From contig OZ241456.1 in NCBI GenBank assembly GCA_965200875.1, positions 1,600,001 to 1,664,000 on the forward strand: DNA of 64,000 bases, written 5' to 3'. The notes beneath the pieces are model-generated. The model was not told the origin of the DNA and searched no databases. It worked only from the letters and a program-made list of their open reading frames with translations. This document shows positions 9,753 to 19,481 of this stretch, in pieces. The position numbers and the translations under genes are program-made. Positions within the stretch are counted from its first letter, which is position 1, and every line of letters starts with the position of its first letter. Source of the DNA: Bdellovibrionales bacterium (lineage in GTDB: Bacteria; Bdellovibrionota; Bdellovibrionia; Bdellovibrionales; UBA1609).

Positions 9753-10221
9753 TTATCTTAGAGAGTGTAAAATTTACATACATTCATATTTATTTCTATA
9801 AAGCCGTTTTTTTTAAGGGCAGGGTCTTGTCATTGATTCCAGTTTTGTATTATAAAAGTGTAATAGTATTTTCTTGAAAAACATTTGTTTGGGATATCCA
9901 CAGGTTGTTATGGTTCAAACAGCATCATAACTACAGGAGCTTGCTTTTATACTTTGGGTTCAAAATTGTAGGATATATCACAATAAATGTTGTGGGTTTA
10001 CTGAAGCTTTTAAAGTATAAAAAGTGTAGAGTATAAAGAACTACAACAGTATGGAAAACAAGCAACATAAGAATTTTTGAATGAAAGCTGGGAAACAGCA
10101 AGAAACATAAACAAGCAATATGAAGTTTAAAAAACAGCAAAAAAAATGAAAGCTGAAAAAACAGCAAAAAAATAAAAAACAGGAACAAAACAAATAAAAA
10201 ATCTATAAGGAGGAAACAAAG

Positions 10222-11181
10222 ATGAGAACAGGAAACAATGTGTATGTAAATGATTGTACAATTTCAAGTGCTGGTAAAAGAGCGCGTTGCTTTGGAGATA
10301 CTCACTTAATTGGTCGGTCTTTTTCCCACCTGATTGTTAAAAATCTTTTGAAAACTGTTGGTTTGTCTTTTTCGTTGGTGCTTTTTTCCTTAAGTGTTTT
10401 CGCTGAGATAAATTTTTTTGCCTGTAATGATATAACTCAGCAAAGCTATAACGAATATAAACTTGTTTATGAAAATGATCCGGGAAATGTGAGGAAAATT
10501 TACAACATGAGTATAGAGGCAATTTGTTTGGGAAAAATGGATGAGGGGATGACTTTGTTGGAACGATCTTCTGATGGAGGACATGTGGAAGGTTCTTTCT
10601 ATATGGCTGTTTATTATAAAACAGATAAGACTTTTGATACTAACAGAGGAACAACCAGAGATCCGGAAAATTTTAATGCTTCTTTATTTTACTACAAAAG
10701 GGCAGTAGCTCAGATTGAAGAAAATCCCAACTATCCTGAAGATACTTACAGCAATATACCTTGGTTGGAAGAACATAACCAAACCAGTGTGGAGGTGTTT
10801 ACAATGATACCTATGATGTATTATAGAGGGTATATTAACGCTGTTAATGATATGCTTAACAATGTGGATAGAGTAGTGTATATAGACACTTTGGAAGCTT
10901 TGGAAAAAATGAAACAAACCAGTGAACAATGCCTTGAGCGACCTTCTCTTCCGGTATGGAAAGAGAAACAAGAGCACGCCTATAAAGTGATGCAGGTGCA
11001 TTGTCAGGCCATGCGGGATTTTTCTATACATGTTTATCCCTTGGAGCAGAAGAGAATAAGAATAGCTGAAGAGTGTGTTGGTTCTTTAAAGGATTGCTCT
11101 GAACATGGTAATATTTTAAATAATGAAATTGCTCCTTTAATGGAAAATATGATGGCAAGATTACATTCTGTTTCTCTTTAG
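10222..11181 (+). CDS. Secreted helical protein with a Sel1-like repeat
   Basis: Signal-like segment ending SVFAE; GMTLLERSSDGGHVEGSFYMAVYY...SLFYYKRA resembles a Sel1 repeat; RBS AAGGAGG. Confidence 0.6.
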   Translation: MRTGNNVYVNDCTISSAGKRARCFGDTHLIGRSFSHLIVKNLLKTVGLSFSLVLFSLSVFAEINFFACNDITQQSYNEYKLVYENDPGNVRKIYNMSIEAICLGKMDEGMTLLERSSDGGHVEGSFYMAVYYKTDKTFDTNRGTTRDPENFNASLFYYKRAVAQIEENPNYPEDTYSNIPWLEEHNQTSVEVFTMIPMMYYRGYINAVNDMLNNVDRVVYIDTLEALEKMKQTSEQCLERPSLPVWKEKQEHAYKVMQVHCQAMRDFSIHVYPLEQKRIRIAEECVGSLKDCSEHGNILNNEIAPLMENMMARLHSVSL

Positions 11182-11209
11182 AATGTACAAAAAATAGATT
11201 TTAGCCACT

Positions 11210-11330
11210 TTACACAGCAGACGGAGCTTAAAGACGCGTGCGCGAAAAAGTGCATGTTTGATTATTCCAAACGGGGAAGTATTAGTAAGAGCACTTATCC
11301 ACTAAACGGACTTATTCAAGATCGACTATT
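11210..11330 (+). repeat. Family A degenerate copy with duplicated flank
   Basis: aaagacgcgtgcg...tgtttga...gaagtattagtaagagca...cactaaac.ga.ttattcaa recurs about 340 bp downstream. Confidence 0.65.
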
Positions 11331-11410
11331 GAGTCACCTGTGAAAAAGTATGTTATTTTTTTCTGGATTTCCGTTTTCACGGGACTGAAAAGGATTTTTC
11401 ACGGCTGAAT
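11331..11410 (+). repeat. Family B MITE-like copy
   Basis: ctgtgaaaaagtatgttatttt..ctggatttccgttttcacgggactgaaa...tttttcacgg. Confidence 0.8.
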
Positions 11411-11523
11411 AAATAATAAAGCATTGTTATTACTTGATTTTTTTTATAAAAGGTTCGGAAAAAATTGCAAGGTCTTACAATACAACCTTTATTTTCTTGC
11501 AAAAAGTATCAGTGAAAAAGATT

Positions 11524-11629
11524 TTACCAATACCCATTGCGAGGTGAGTTCGGCTTTGAACACGTCGCGACTGAAAGACGCGCGCGTGGCAAAACGCCTG
11601 TTTGAGCCCGAGCGGTGAAGTATTGGTAA
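11524..11629 (+). repeat. Palindromic element family A, complete copy
   Basis: Ends ttaccaatac / gtattggtaa; the interior is close to the reverse complement of 9407-9521. Confidence 0.85.
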
Positions 11630-11787
11630 GAGCATACTCTCACTAAACAGATTTATTCAAACCCAACTATTTAGGCCGGCTAAAGTTTTGGGACGCTTTG
11701 TCTGATGGTTTTTTACAAAAAAACTTTTAAGAAAAAAGTATTTTAACCGATAATATTGCTAAACCTGCTTTTAATGGGAGGCTGGAT

Positions 11788-12540
11788 ATGCGTATTATCT
11801 TTTTTATGCTTTATTTTCTAAGTGTTTCATATACAGAAAATAGTAGTAGTTCTTGGGATAGTGTTGCAGACCAAGAAAAACCAAAGGAAAATACCCGAGA
11901 CCGTAATACTTGTGAACAGAAAGAAGACAATTTAGAATTGAAACATAATAATACGCCCGTGCCTCTTAATTGCAGTTGTAAGTCGAAAGGTAATAACGAA
12001 ACACTGGTTGAACAATGTTTCAACACATATATTTGCAAGGAAAAGTGTAAAGATTATATCAGCGATAATGCAAACTTTTGTGATAACATTCCCAACAACA
12101 GGAACAATGAGAATGCTCTTTGCCAAAGAAGCTGTAATGAAGATCCTCCTAACTTCATGACACCATCTTCCGCAGTTTCCCAGGCTGTAAATAACTGTGA
12201 TCAGAAAAATAGAAGAAAGCTACAAGACCAGTTAGTTGAAAACTGTCGGAGTAGAATAAACAACATTGAAAGATCGCCACCTCATACTGGTGCGACATTG
12301 GTGTGTCCGGGTAGAGCCGGCTGTGAAAGGTATTGCCAAAGCAAGGCTCAGGAACAAATCAATGGTATGCGAAGCAATTGCGAAGTGAAAACTAAAGGTG
12401 GTTTCAGGCTGTGTGAGTACAATTTGAATAATCGGTTACGCCATGTTCTTCTACAAAATTCTGGCCAATTACCTCAGGTTTTCACGGGACTAAAAGCCAA
12501 CAACTTGGCTTTCAGTTTCCAAGAGAGACCTTTCACATAA
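11788..12540 (+). CDS. Secreted Cys-rich hypothetical protein; C-terminus runs into a repeat element
   Basis: RBS GGGAGG, signal peptide, many CxxxC motifs; the last codons overlap family B sequence. Confidence 0.6.
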   Translation: MRIIFFMLYFLSVSYTENSSSSWDSVADQEKPKENTRDRNTCEQKEDNLELKHNNTPVPLNCSCKSKGNNETLVEQCFNTYICKEKCKDYISDNANFCDNIPNNRNNENALCQRSCNEDPPNFMTPSSAVSQAVNNCDQKNRRKLQDQLVENCRSRINNIERSPPHTGATLVCPGRAGCERYCQSKAQEQINGMRSNCEVKTKGGFRLCEYNLNNRLRHVLLQNSGQLPQVFTGLKANNLAFSFQERPFT

Positions 12541-12613
12541 ACAGATAAATCACTCACTTAAACAGAGGTTTTTCACGGCGGACTAAATAAGTAAAAAACT
12601 TATTGCTCATACC
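12476..12613 (+). repeat. Family B remnant followed by a family A terminal arm
   Basis: gttttcacgggactaaaagccaacaacttggcttt matches the reverse complement of 9600-9640; tttttcacgg; cttattgctcatacc at 12599. Confidence 0.7.
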
Positions 12614-12727
12614 ATACCCGTTCTTCGATTGATTTTCAGGAGTTATGGTGTTATATTTTAAAGAAGTCAAACAGTATAAAAAAACAGCTATGGTGTATTT
12701 ACATAAGTTTTCATTAGAGGAGCAATA

Positions 12728-13735
12728 GTGGAAAAAGTGTCTTTAAGTTTACAAAATTTGAAAAAAAAACTTTCCAATAAACAAATATCCCCTCTTTATT
12801 TTATTATAGGGCCGGAAGCTTTTTTAATGAAAGAAATCTTACAGGCAATAAAGTCTTGTGTGCTGTCTCCTGAAACAGCTGACTTTAACTGTGAAATTTT
12901 TAAAGCTGGTGAGGGAGAAATGGAGCGAATGCGTGAGGCCATGGAAACACTTCCTGTGTTTTCCGAAAGAAGAGTGATTGTCTGTGAATCAGCACACAAA
13001 CTGAAAGAATCGGACTGGAAAATTCTTTTACCGATCGTGAAAGCACCAGTGGAAACCTGTGTGCTGATTTTTGTCTCTTCAGCACCGGATAAAAGAAAAA
13101 AAATAATCAAGGAGCTTATATCTTACTCTGAAATTTTGTCGGCTGAAACTCCCAAGGACAAAGAATGGATAATGTGGCTTAAAGAGATGGGAAAAAAAGA
13201 AGGGCTTTCTTTTTCGGATTCAGCTATCGCACTTATTAAAGAATATGCTTGTTATGACTTAATGAATTTAGACACGGAAATTAAAAAACTGAAAAGGTTT
13301 CTGGGGTCAAAGAAACACATTTCTGAAAAGGATGTGTTGGCTGTTGTTCCTCGTGTTCGTCCTGAAAATATTTTTGCTCTGTCAGAAGCTATTGGTCAAA
13401 AGGATATGCCCTCCGCACTTATGTGTTTGGCACGGCTGTTGGAGGACAATCAAAATGAAGTGGGAGCTTTAGCTTTAATCAGTCGCCATATTCGTATATT
13501 GGCTCGTGTAAAAGAGGGGCTTAAAAAAGGCAACACAGAGAAGACGATTTGTCATAAAACCGGTGTGCCTTATTTCTTTATTCAAAATTATATTCAGTCA
13601 GCTAACCTATGGACAGAGAAAAAAATTGTTTCCGCGCTTTCAGCACTGAAAGCCACAGATAAAGCCCTTAAGTCCTCACCTGTTTCTGCACATATATGGT
13701 TGGAAAATTTTATTATTAAAACCTGTTCTGCTTAA
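12728..13735 (+). CDS. holA: DNA polymerase III delta subunit
   Basis: PLYFIIGPE, LPVFSERRVIV, EIKKL, IFAL, LKATDKALKSS pattern. Confidence 0.92.
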   Translation: MEKVSLSLQNLKKKLSNKQISPLYFIIGPEAFLMKEILQAIKSCVLSPETADFNCEIFKAGEGEMERMREAMETLPVFSERRVIVCESAHKLKESDWKILLPIVKAPVETCVLIFVSSAPDKRKKIIKELISYSEILSAETPKDKEWIMWLKEMGKKEGLSFSDSAIALIKEYACYDLMNLDTEIKKLKRFLGSKKHISEKDVLAVVPRVRPENIFALSEAIGQKDMPSALMCLARLLEDNQNEVGALALISRHIRILARVKEGLKKGNTEKTICHKTGVPYFFIQNYIQSANLWTEKKIVSALSALKATDKALKSSPVSAHIWLENFIIKTCSA

Positions 13736-13801
13736 AAAATATGGATGAAAAACCCTAAAAAATGTGTTAAAATCTATTTTATAGACTTTTTTGTTATTAT
13801 A

Positions 13802-13860
13802 TAGTGGTCTGTGAAAAAGTATGTGATTTCCCTGGATTCTCGTTTTCACGGGACTAAAAG
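13802..13860 (+). repeat. Family B partial copy
   Basis: tagtggtctgtgaaaaagtatgt...ctggattctcgttttcacgggac is near-identical to 31663-31717. Confidence 0.85.
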
Positions 13861-13949
13861 ATTGACTGTGTTTTATTGTCTTGATAATAACTCTTTTTAT
13901 CACCCTGATCTACAAATCCAGGCAGGGGTACTATGGCGAGGGTACTATA

Positions 13950-15095
13950 ATGAATAATTTTCTTTTTACGAGTGAATCTGTTTCAGAGGGCCACCCCGAT
14001 AAAATTGCTGATCAAATCAGTGATGTTTTGTTGGACGCTTTTTTAAGGCAGGATCCTCAAAGCCGGGTGGCTTGTGAAGTGATGTTAACAAGAGGACTGG
14101 TTGTTGTGGGTGGAGAGATTACCACCAGTGGATATGTGGATATTCAAAATGAAGTCAGACAGGTTATCCGAAAAATTGGGTATGATCACGGAGACAAGGG
14201 TTTTGACTATAAATCCTGTTCTGTTTTAACAGCTATTGATTCTCAAAGCCAGGATATTGCCCGCGGAATTGGCCAGGGAGAATCACAAGGAGCTGGCGAT
14301 CAAGGTTTGGTATTTGGTTATGCCGTGGATGAAACAGAAGAATATATGCCTTTAAGTATTTCTCTTTCTCATAAATTAATGAGAGTTTTGGCGGATTTCA
14401 GAAAAAAAGAAGAAAGACATATATGGCCGGACAGTAAAAGTCAAGTGACAGTGGAATACAGAAACGGAAAGACAGCTCATATTCCTTCTGTGGTGCTTTC
14501 CACTCAACATGCTCCTGATATTAAAATAGAGGATTTAAGAGAGTTTATTATTGAAGAAGTTATCAAAAAAGTAATACCGGAGAAATATTTAAAAGAGAAA
14601 CATAAATTTTACATTAATCCCACAGGGCGTTTTGTAATCGGAGGCCCTTCAGGAGATTGTGGTTTGACCGGAAGGAAAATCATCGTAGATACTTATGGAG
14701 GACATGGTGCTCATGGAGGTGGCAGTTTTTCCGGAAAAGATCCTTCAAAAGTGGACCGCTCAGGAGCTTATGCCGCCCGCCATATCGCCAGAAACATTGT
14801 GTCTGCCGGGTTGGCTCGAAAATGTCTTGTTCAAATAGCTTATGCCATTGGTGTGGCCAAACCGGTGAGTCTTTCCATTCAGGCTTATGGCACCTTAAAA
14901 GTACCTGAAGAAAAACTGACAAAAGTGGTGCAAAAGCTCTGGGATCTGAGGCCATCGGCAATAATTACTCAATTTGATTTATTAAAGCCTATATACTCTA
15001 ACACAGCGGTTTATGGGCATTTTGGAAGAAAAGAATTGGGCTTTACCTGGGAAAAATCAGATAAAGTGGAAGAACTGAAGTCTGAATTTCCTTAA
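13950..15095 (+). CDS. metK: S-adenosylmethionine synthetase
   Basis: [35 protein letters not shown]; start moved to the ATG at 13950. Confidence 0.98.
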   Translation: MNNFLFTSESVSEGHPDKIADQISDVLLDAFLRQDPQSRVACEVMLTRGLVVVGGEITTSGYVDIQNEVRQVIRKIGYDHGDKGFDYKSCSVLTAIDSQSQDIARGIGQGESQGAGDQGLVFGYAVDETEEYMPLSISLSHKLMRVLADFRKKEERHIWPDSKSQVTVEYRNGKTAHIPSVVLSTQHAPDIKIEDLREFIIEEVIKKVIPEKYLKEKHKFYINPTGRFVIGGPSGDCGLTGRKIIVDTYGGHGAHGGGSFSGKDPSKVDRSGAYAARHIARNIVSAGLARKCLVQIAYAIGVAKPVSLSIQAYGTLKVPEEKLTKVVQKLWDLRPSAIITQFDLLKPIYSNTAVYGHFGRKELGFTWEKSDKVEELKSEFP

Positions 15096-15144
15096 AACAG
15101 TTTAACCAGCTTTGCCTCTGGTGGCTACATTATATAAGTAAACC

Positions 15145-15360
15145 ATGAAGACCAAAAGAAAAATAACCACCACTGTTTATCTTACAGAAGAGCAAAACAC
15201 TTTGCTTAAAGAGCTTAGGCAACGATCCAAAGTGCCTGTTGCTGAGTATGTTCGGCAAGGAGTGGATTTGATACTGCATAAAAACGCCCACCTTATACCT
15301 GGTCAGCTTTCTTTTACTTTGGATAAAAAAAATGAAAAACCGGGTCGTGGACACAAATGA
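15145..15360 (+). CDS. Ribbon-helix-helix protein, Myxococcus CdbA-like
   Basis: RKITTTVYLTEEQ...KVPVAEYVRQGVDLIL...PGQ resembles the CdbA-type RHH as I recall it. Confidence 0.75.
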   Translation: MKTKRKITTTVYLTEEQNTLLKELRQRSKVPVAEYVRQGVDLILHKNAHLIPGQLSFTLDKKNEKPGRGHK

Positions 15361-17264
15361 CTCCGAAAAAAAATCACCAAGATCAGGACTCTCCGGCTCA
15401 AAGCCGAATACGCAATTTTTCCATAATTGCCCATATTGATCATGGTAAATCCACCTTGGCGGATTGTTTTTTGGAGTTCACCAAAGCTGTGGATGAAAGA
15501 CAAAAAAAAGAACAGTTTTTGGATCAAATGGAACTAGAAAGAGAACGGGGAATTACCATTAAAGCACAAACCGTGCGCCTTTCTTATAAAGCAAAAGATG
15601 GTTTAGTGTATCAGCTGAATTTAATAGATACTCCAGGTCATGTTGATTTTTCTTATGAAGTGTCCCGCTCTCTTTCCGCTTGTGAAGGGGTTTTGCTGGT
15701 GGTGGACGCATCACAAGGAGTGGAAGCGCAAACAATGGCTCATGCCTCTTTGGCTTTAACCAAAGACCTGATAATTATTCCCGTATTAAATAAAATTGAT
15801 CTTCCTGCTTCTCAACCGGATGAGGTTTCTCTTCAACTGGAAGAGCTTATAGGAATCAAAAAAGAAGAAATTATTTTTGTCAGTGCCAAGGAGAAAATCG
15901 GCATTCAAGATATATTGGAAAGAGTGGTTCGTGATATTCCTCCACCTTCTGCTCTTAACTTGAGTACTCCTGAAAATAAGAAATCATCCGGTAATCAAAT
16001 CATGGATCATTCCCCCTCCTCCCCGATAGCGGAAGGCTTTTTACGCGCTTTGATTTTTGATTCTTGGTTTGACAGCTATCAAGGGGTGGTGATTTTATGT
16101 CGTGTGGTTGAAGGGCGAATTAAAGTGGGGGATGAAGTGCGTTTTATACAGGGCCGAAAAGAAAGCACGGTATTGAAATTGGGAGTTTTTACCCCTTTTC
16201 CTTATAATTTGAAAGAGCTTAAAACCGGAGAAGTGGGTTTTGTGATTACAGGCATTAAAGGTATAAAGGATGTTATTGTGGGGGACACTTTAACCCATAC
16301 CGAAGCACCGGCTTTGTCTCCTCTGGCTGGTTTTAAAAAGCTTAAACCTCTGGTGTTTTCCAGTTTGTTTCCTTCTGATTCCAAGGATTTTGTTCAGCTG
16401 AAAACCGCTTTGGAAAAACTGGTTCTCAATGATTCCTCTTTGGTTTTTGAAACAGAAAACTCTCCTGCTCTGGGTTTTGGCTTTCGATGTGGTTTTTTGG
16501 GATTACTGCATCTGGAGATTATTCAAGAACGGTTGGAAAGAGAATTTAATCTGAATCTGATTATCACAGCCCCCTCTGTTATTTATAAAGTGTTTACAAA
16601 AGCAGGAGAAGTTCAGAAACTGGATAACCCCTCTGCTTTACTTGATCCTTCCAAGATTGAACATATTGAAGAACCTTTTGTTCGCGTTGATATTCATTCT
16701 CCTAGTGAATATGTAGGGGGTATTTTAAAACTTTGTGAAGAAAGAAGAGGAGAGCAGATTCGAATGGAATACAGCTCAGGAAACAGAATGATTATAGAGT
16801 ATCGTCTTCCCATGAGTGAGATCGTAATGGATTTTCATGATCGTTTAAAGTCTGTTTCGCGCGGTTATGCTTCGATGGAATATGAGTGGATGGGCTTTTC
16901 TCCCTCAGAGCTGGTGAAATTGGATATTTTATTAAATGGAGAAAAAGTAGACGCGCTATCTGTGATTTTGCATCGTTCAAAAGCACAAAAGAAAGGCCGT
17001 GCTCTGGTGAAGAAATTAAAGGAGCTTATTCATAGACAACAGTATCAGATAGCCATTCAAGCTGGCATAGGTTCCAAAATTATTGCGAGGGAAACTATCA
17101 GTGCTTTAAGAAAAGATGTGACAGCCAAGTGTTATGGAGGGGATATTACCAGAAAGAGAAAACTGTTGGAAAAACAAAAAAAAGGAAAAAAAAGGATGAA
17201 AGCCATTGGGAAAGTGGATGTGCCTCAATCTGCTTTTATGGCTGTATTAAAAGCAGATGATTAA
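15357..17264 (+). CDS. lepA: Elongation factor 4 (LepA)
   Basis: IRNFSIIAHIDHGKSTLAD, GFRCGFLGLLH, KDVTAKCYGGDITRKRKLL. Confidence 0.98.
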   Translation: MTPKKNHQDQDSPAQSRIRNFSIIAHIDHGKSTLADCFLEFTKAVDERQKKEQFLDQMELERERGITIKAQTVRLSYKAKDGLVYQLNLIDTPGHVDFSYEVSRSLSACEGVLLVVDASQGVEAQTMAHASLALTKDLIIIPVLNKIDLPASQPDEVSLQLEELIGIKKEEIIFVSAKEKIGIQDILERVVRDIPPPSALNLSTPENKKSSGNQIMDHSPSSPIAEGFLRALIFDSWFDSYQGVVILCRVVEGRIKVGDEVRFIQGRKESTVLKLGVFTPFPYNLKELKTGEVGFVITGIKGIKDVIVGDTLTHTEAPALSPLAGFKKLKPLVFSSLFPSDSKDFVQLKTALEKLVLNDSSLVFETENSPALGFGFRCGFLGLLHLEIIQERLEREFNLNLIITAPSVIYKVFTKAGEVQKLDNPSALLDPSKIEHIEEPFVRVDIHSPSEYVGGILKLCEERRGEQIRMEYSSGNRMIIEYRLPMSEIVMDFHDRLKSVSRGYASMEYEWMGFSPSELVKLDILLNGEKVDALSVILHRSKAQKKGRALVKKLKELIHRQQYQIAIQAGIGSKIIARETISALRKDVTAKCYGGDITRKRKLLEKQKKGKKRMKAIGKVDVPQSAFMAVLKADD

Positions 17265-18312
17265 AAAGTTCACCGGCTTTTTTGCCGGCATTTTTATTTT
17301 TATTTGGGTGATTTTGATTGCTCTTTTTTTAAGATGGAGCATGTTGGAAGTGTATGTTCTACCCTTTCATGGAATGATGCCCACTCTTTTTCCAAACGAT
17401 CATGTTATTGTGAATAAAATGGCTTATGGTTTGCGCTGGCCTTTTTCCTCTCGTTATGTTTCAAACTGGTCTGAACCAAAAAGAGGGGAAGTTATTGTCT
17501 TTCGATCTCCTTTTGATCCGGATTCGCTTTCCATACGCAGAGTGATTGGCATTCCAGGAGATCGCATATTTTTTGAAAATGGCAATTTGTACATAAATGA
17601 AAAAAAAGTTATTAAACGTCTGCCCTCTCTTCGAAAAAAAGATTTTTCCTGGGTCAGAGATGAGGATTTTTCGGATGGAGGCAAAACAGAAGATAAAAGC
17701 CATTATGTTCATTGGGAGGAGACTCTTTCCGATTCCTCTTACAGTATTTTACTGAAAAAGAGAGAAAAAAATTACTTGATTTTTGGCCCTTATCGCGTCC
17801 CACCCCGGTATTATTTTGTGATGGGAGATCACAGGGATCAGTCTCAGGATAGCAGGACCTGGCCAGCGCGCATTCAAAAAGCAAAAGGAATGGTGACTTT
17901 TTCCCGTTTATCTGCTGGAGATGAAACTATTTCCATTCCCAAGAGCACTTTGGTTCGAACAGGTGATTTGAAATTGCCGGAATATTTTGAAACTAAGCAG
18001 GATACTTTACTAAAAGGACCTTTTGTGGAGGTGAAAGTATCCGCGAAAAAAGCAGGTTTGGCGGGGAATGTGTCTGCTGGGCAGATAAATGTTATTGAAG
18101 GGAAATTATCCCATCATCTGAGTGTGAATAATGTAAAGGCTCTCAAAGGAGGCTTAGATGAGAATCTGGTGTTGGAATCGGATATTTTAGGTAAAGTCAT
18201 TCGGGTTTGGTTTAGCTGTGAAAAAACTTTAACAGGTGTTCCCTTTCTTTGTGATCCCCGATATATGAGATGGAATCGCACTTTTTTCCCCATTCACCAG
18301 AAAAATATTTAA
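17257..18312 (+). CDS. Signal peptidase I homologue lacking the catalytic Ser/Lys, with a baseplate-J-like insertion
   Basis: S26 boxes are present but degenerate: PFHGMMPTL, SIRRVIGIPGD, FVMGDHRDQSQDSR. About 95 aa are inserted after DSRTW. Confidence 0.85.
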   Translation: MIKKFTGFFAGIFIFIWVILIALFLRWSMLEVYVLPFHGMMPTLFPNDHVIVNKMAYGLRWPFSSRYVSNWSEPKRGEVIVFRSPFDPDSLSIRRVIGIPGDRIFFENGNLYINEKKVIKRLPSLRKKDFSWVRDEDFSDGGKTEDKSHYVHWEETLSDSSYSILLKKREKNYLIFGPYRVPPRYYFVMGDHRDQSQDSRTWPARIQKAKGMVTFSRLSAGDETISIPKSTLVRTGDLKLPEYFETKQDTLLKGPFVEVKVSAKKAGLAGNVSAGQINVIEGKLSHHLSVNNVKALKGGLDENLVLESDILGKVIRVWFSCEKTLTGVPFLCDPRYMRWNRTFFPIHQKNI

Positions 18313-18512
18313 TTCTTATTGGTTTAGTGGTGATGAAACATTTTTTAATTTGCTTGTTTCATGTCATCCTGATAAAGTAAGACATCAGTGTTTGTTCAAA
18401 AAAATACTTTAAACTGAGTCGGTTGGGAAGTAATTGTGGTTCTTTTTTCATCTGCTTTAGTATGGTGGCCAAGCTGTGGAGATTTACAAAATTCAAGCCG
18501 AAGGAGAATAAT

Positions 18513-19481
18513 ATGGAAAAAAAATCCCCCTCAAACAAAAAAACACTTTTAGGTATAGACGATTTATCCACTAAAGATCTTGAGTTCATTCTTCAGACAG
18601 CCGGGCTGTTTAAGAAAGAATTTTATAAAACTGGTCGCATTATTCATTGTATTGACTCTGAACAAACAAAGGGCATGGTGGTTCAGCTGTTGTTTGCTGA
18701 ACCCAGCACACGCACCCGCGCCAGTTTTGAAGTGGCTTGTGGAAAACTGGGAATAGCAGTGACTTCTTTATGGAATCTGCATTTTTCCAGTATGGCAAAA
18801 GGGGAAACCCTAGAGGATACTCTTCAGTGTCTTATTGCTTTAAAACCCAATATGATTGTGATTCGTTGTGGAGATTTTAAATCTGCGGAGAATTTTTTAC
18901 GCTCAAGTCCCATACCTGTTATTAATGCAGGACTGGGGGCTATGGAGCATCCTACTCAGGCTTTAGTGGATGCCTTTACCATTAAAGAGAAAAAAGGAAA
19001 AATAGAAAATGAAAAAGTGCTAATTGTTGGAGATGTTTTACACTCCCGTGTGGCCAATTCCAATTTAAAATTGCTTGCTCGTCTTGGAGCTAAGCTTGGA
19101 ATGTGTACTCCTGAATCATTAAGCCCCGCAGATAAACAAGCTTGGAAAGATGTGGTTCGTTTTGATTCATTGGAAACCGGTATTAAGTGGGCAGATGTCA
19201 TAATGTGTTTAAGGGTACAAAGGGAAAGACATTCTTTGCGCAACATTGGTTTCTCTATGGCTGAGTACAGGGACAATTATCGAATTGGGCAGGAGGAAAT
19301 GGATGTTTTCCATCCTGATGGTGTGCTTTTACACCCTGGTCCGGCAGTACGAGGTGTGGAAATTTCAAATCAGGCTTTAGATGATTCACGCTGTCATATT
19401 GTGACTCAAGTGGAAAACGGCTCACATGTTCGTTCAGCTATCATAACCCTCATGTTGAATTTGGAGATAAAATCATTATGA
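18513..19481 (+). CDS. pyrB: Aspartate carbamoyltransferase catalytic subunit
   Basis: FAEPSTRTRASF, HPTQALVD, VGDVLHSRVA, HPGP; RBS AAGGAG precedes the ATG at 18513. Confidence 0.96.
   Translation: MEKKSPSNKKTLLGIDDLSTKDLEFILQTAGLFKKEFYKTGRIIHCIDSEQTKGMVVQLLFAEPSTRTRASFEVACGKLGIAVTSLWNLHFSSMAKGETLEDTLQCLIALKPNMIVIRCGDFKSAENFLRSSPIPVINAGLGAMEHPTQALVDAFTIKEKKGKIENEKVLIVGDVLHSRVANSNLKLLARLGAKLGMCTPESLSPADKQAWKDVVRFDSLETGIKWADVIMCLRVQRERHSLRNIGFSMAEYRDNYRIGQEEMDVFHPDGVLLHPGPAVRGVEISNQALDDSRCHIVTQVENGSHVRSAIITLMLNLEIKSL

Noticed and set aside
11560..11600. Hammerhead ribozyme in family A (CTGAAAGA)
   Set aside because: It does not fit CUGANGA...GAAA core geometry and the motif is not kept in the 6183 copy.
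9381..11618. ORFs 9381..9587, 9423..9746 and 11424..11618 with mutually similar peptides
   Set aside because: The similarity comes from the non-coding repeat families; there is no RBS or protein-family signal.
17869..18162. Prophage or contractile injection system at the baseplate-like segment
   Set aside because: There are no other tail or baseplate genes nearby; the segment is an in-frame insert in a chromosomal gene.
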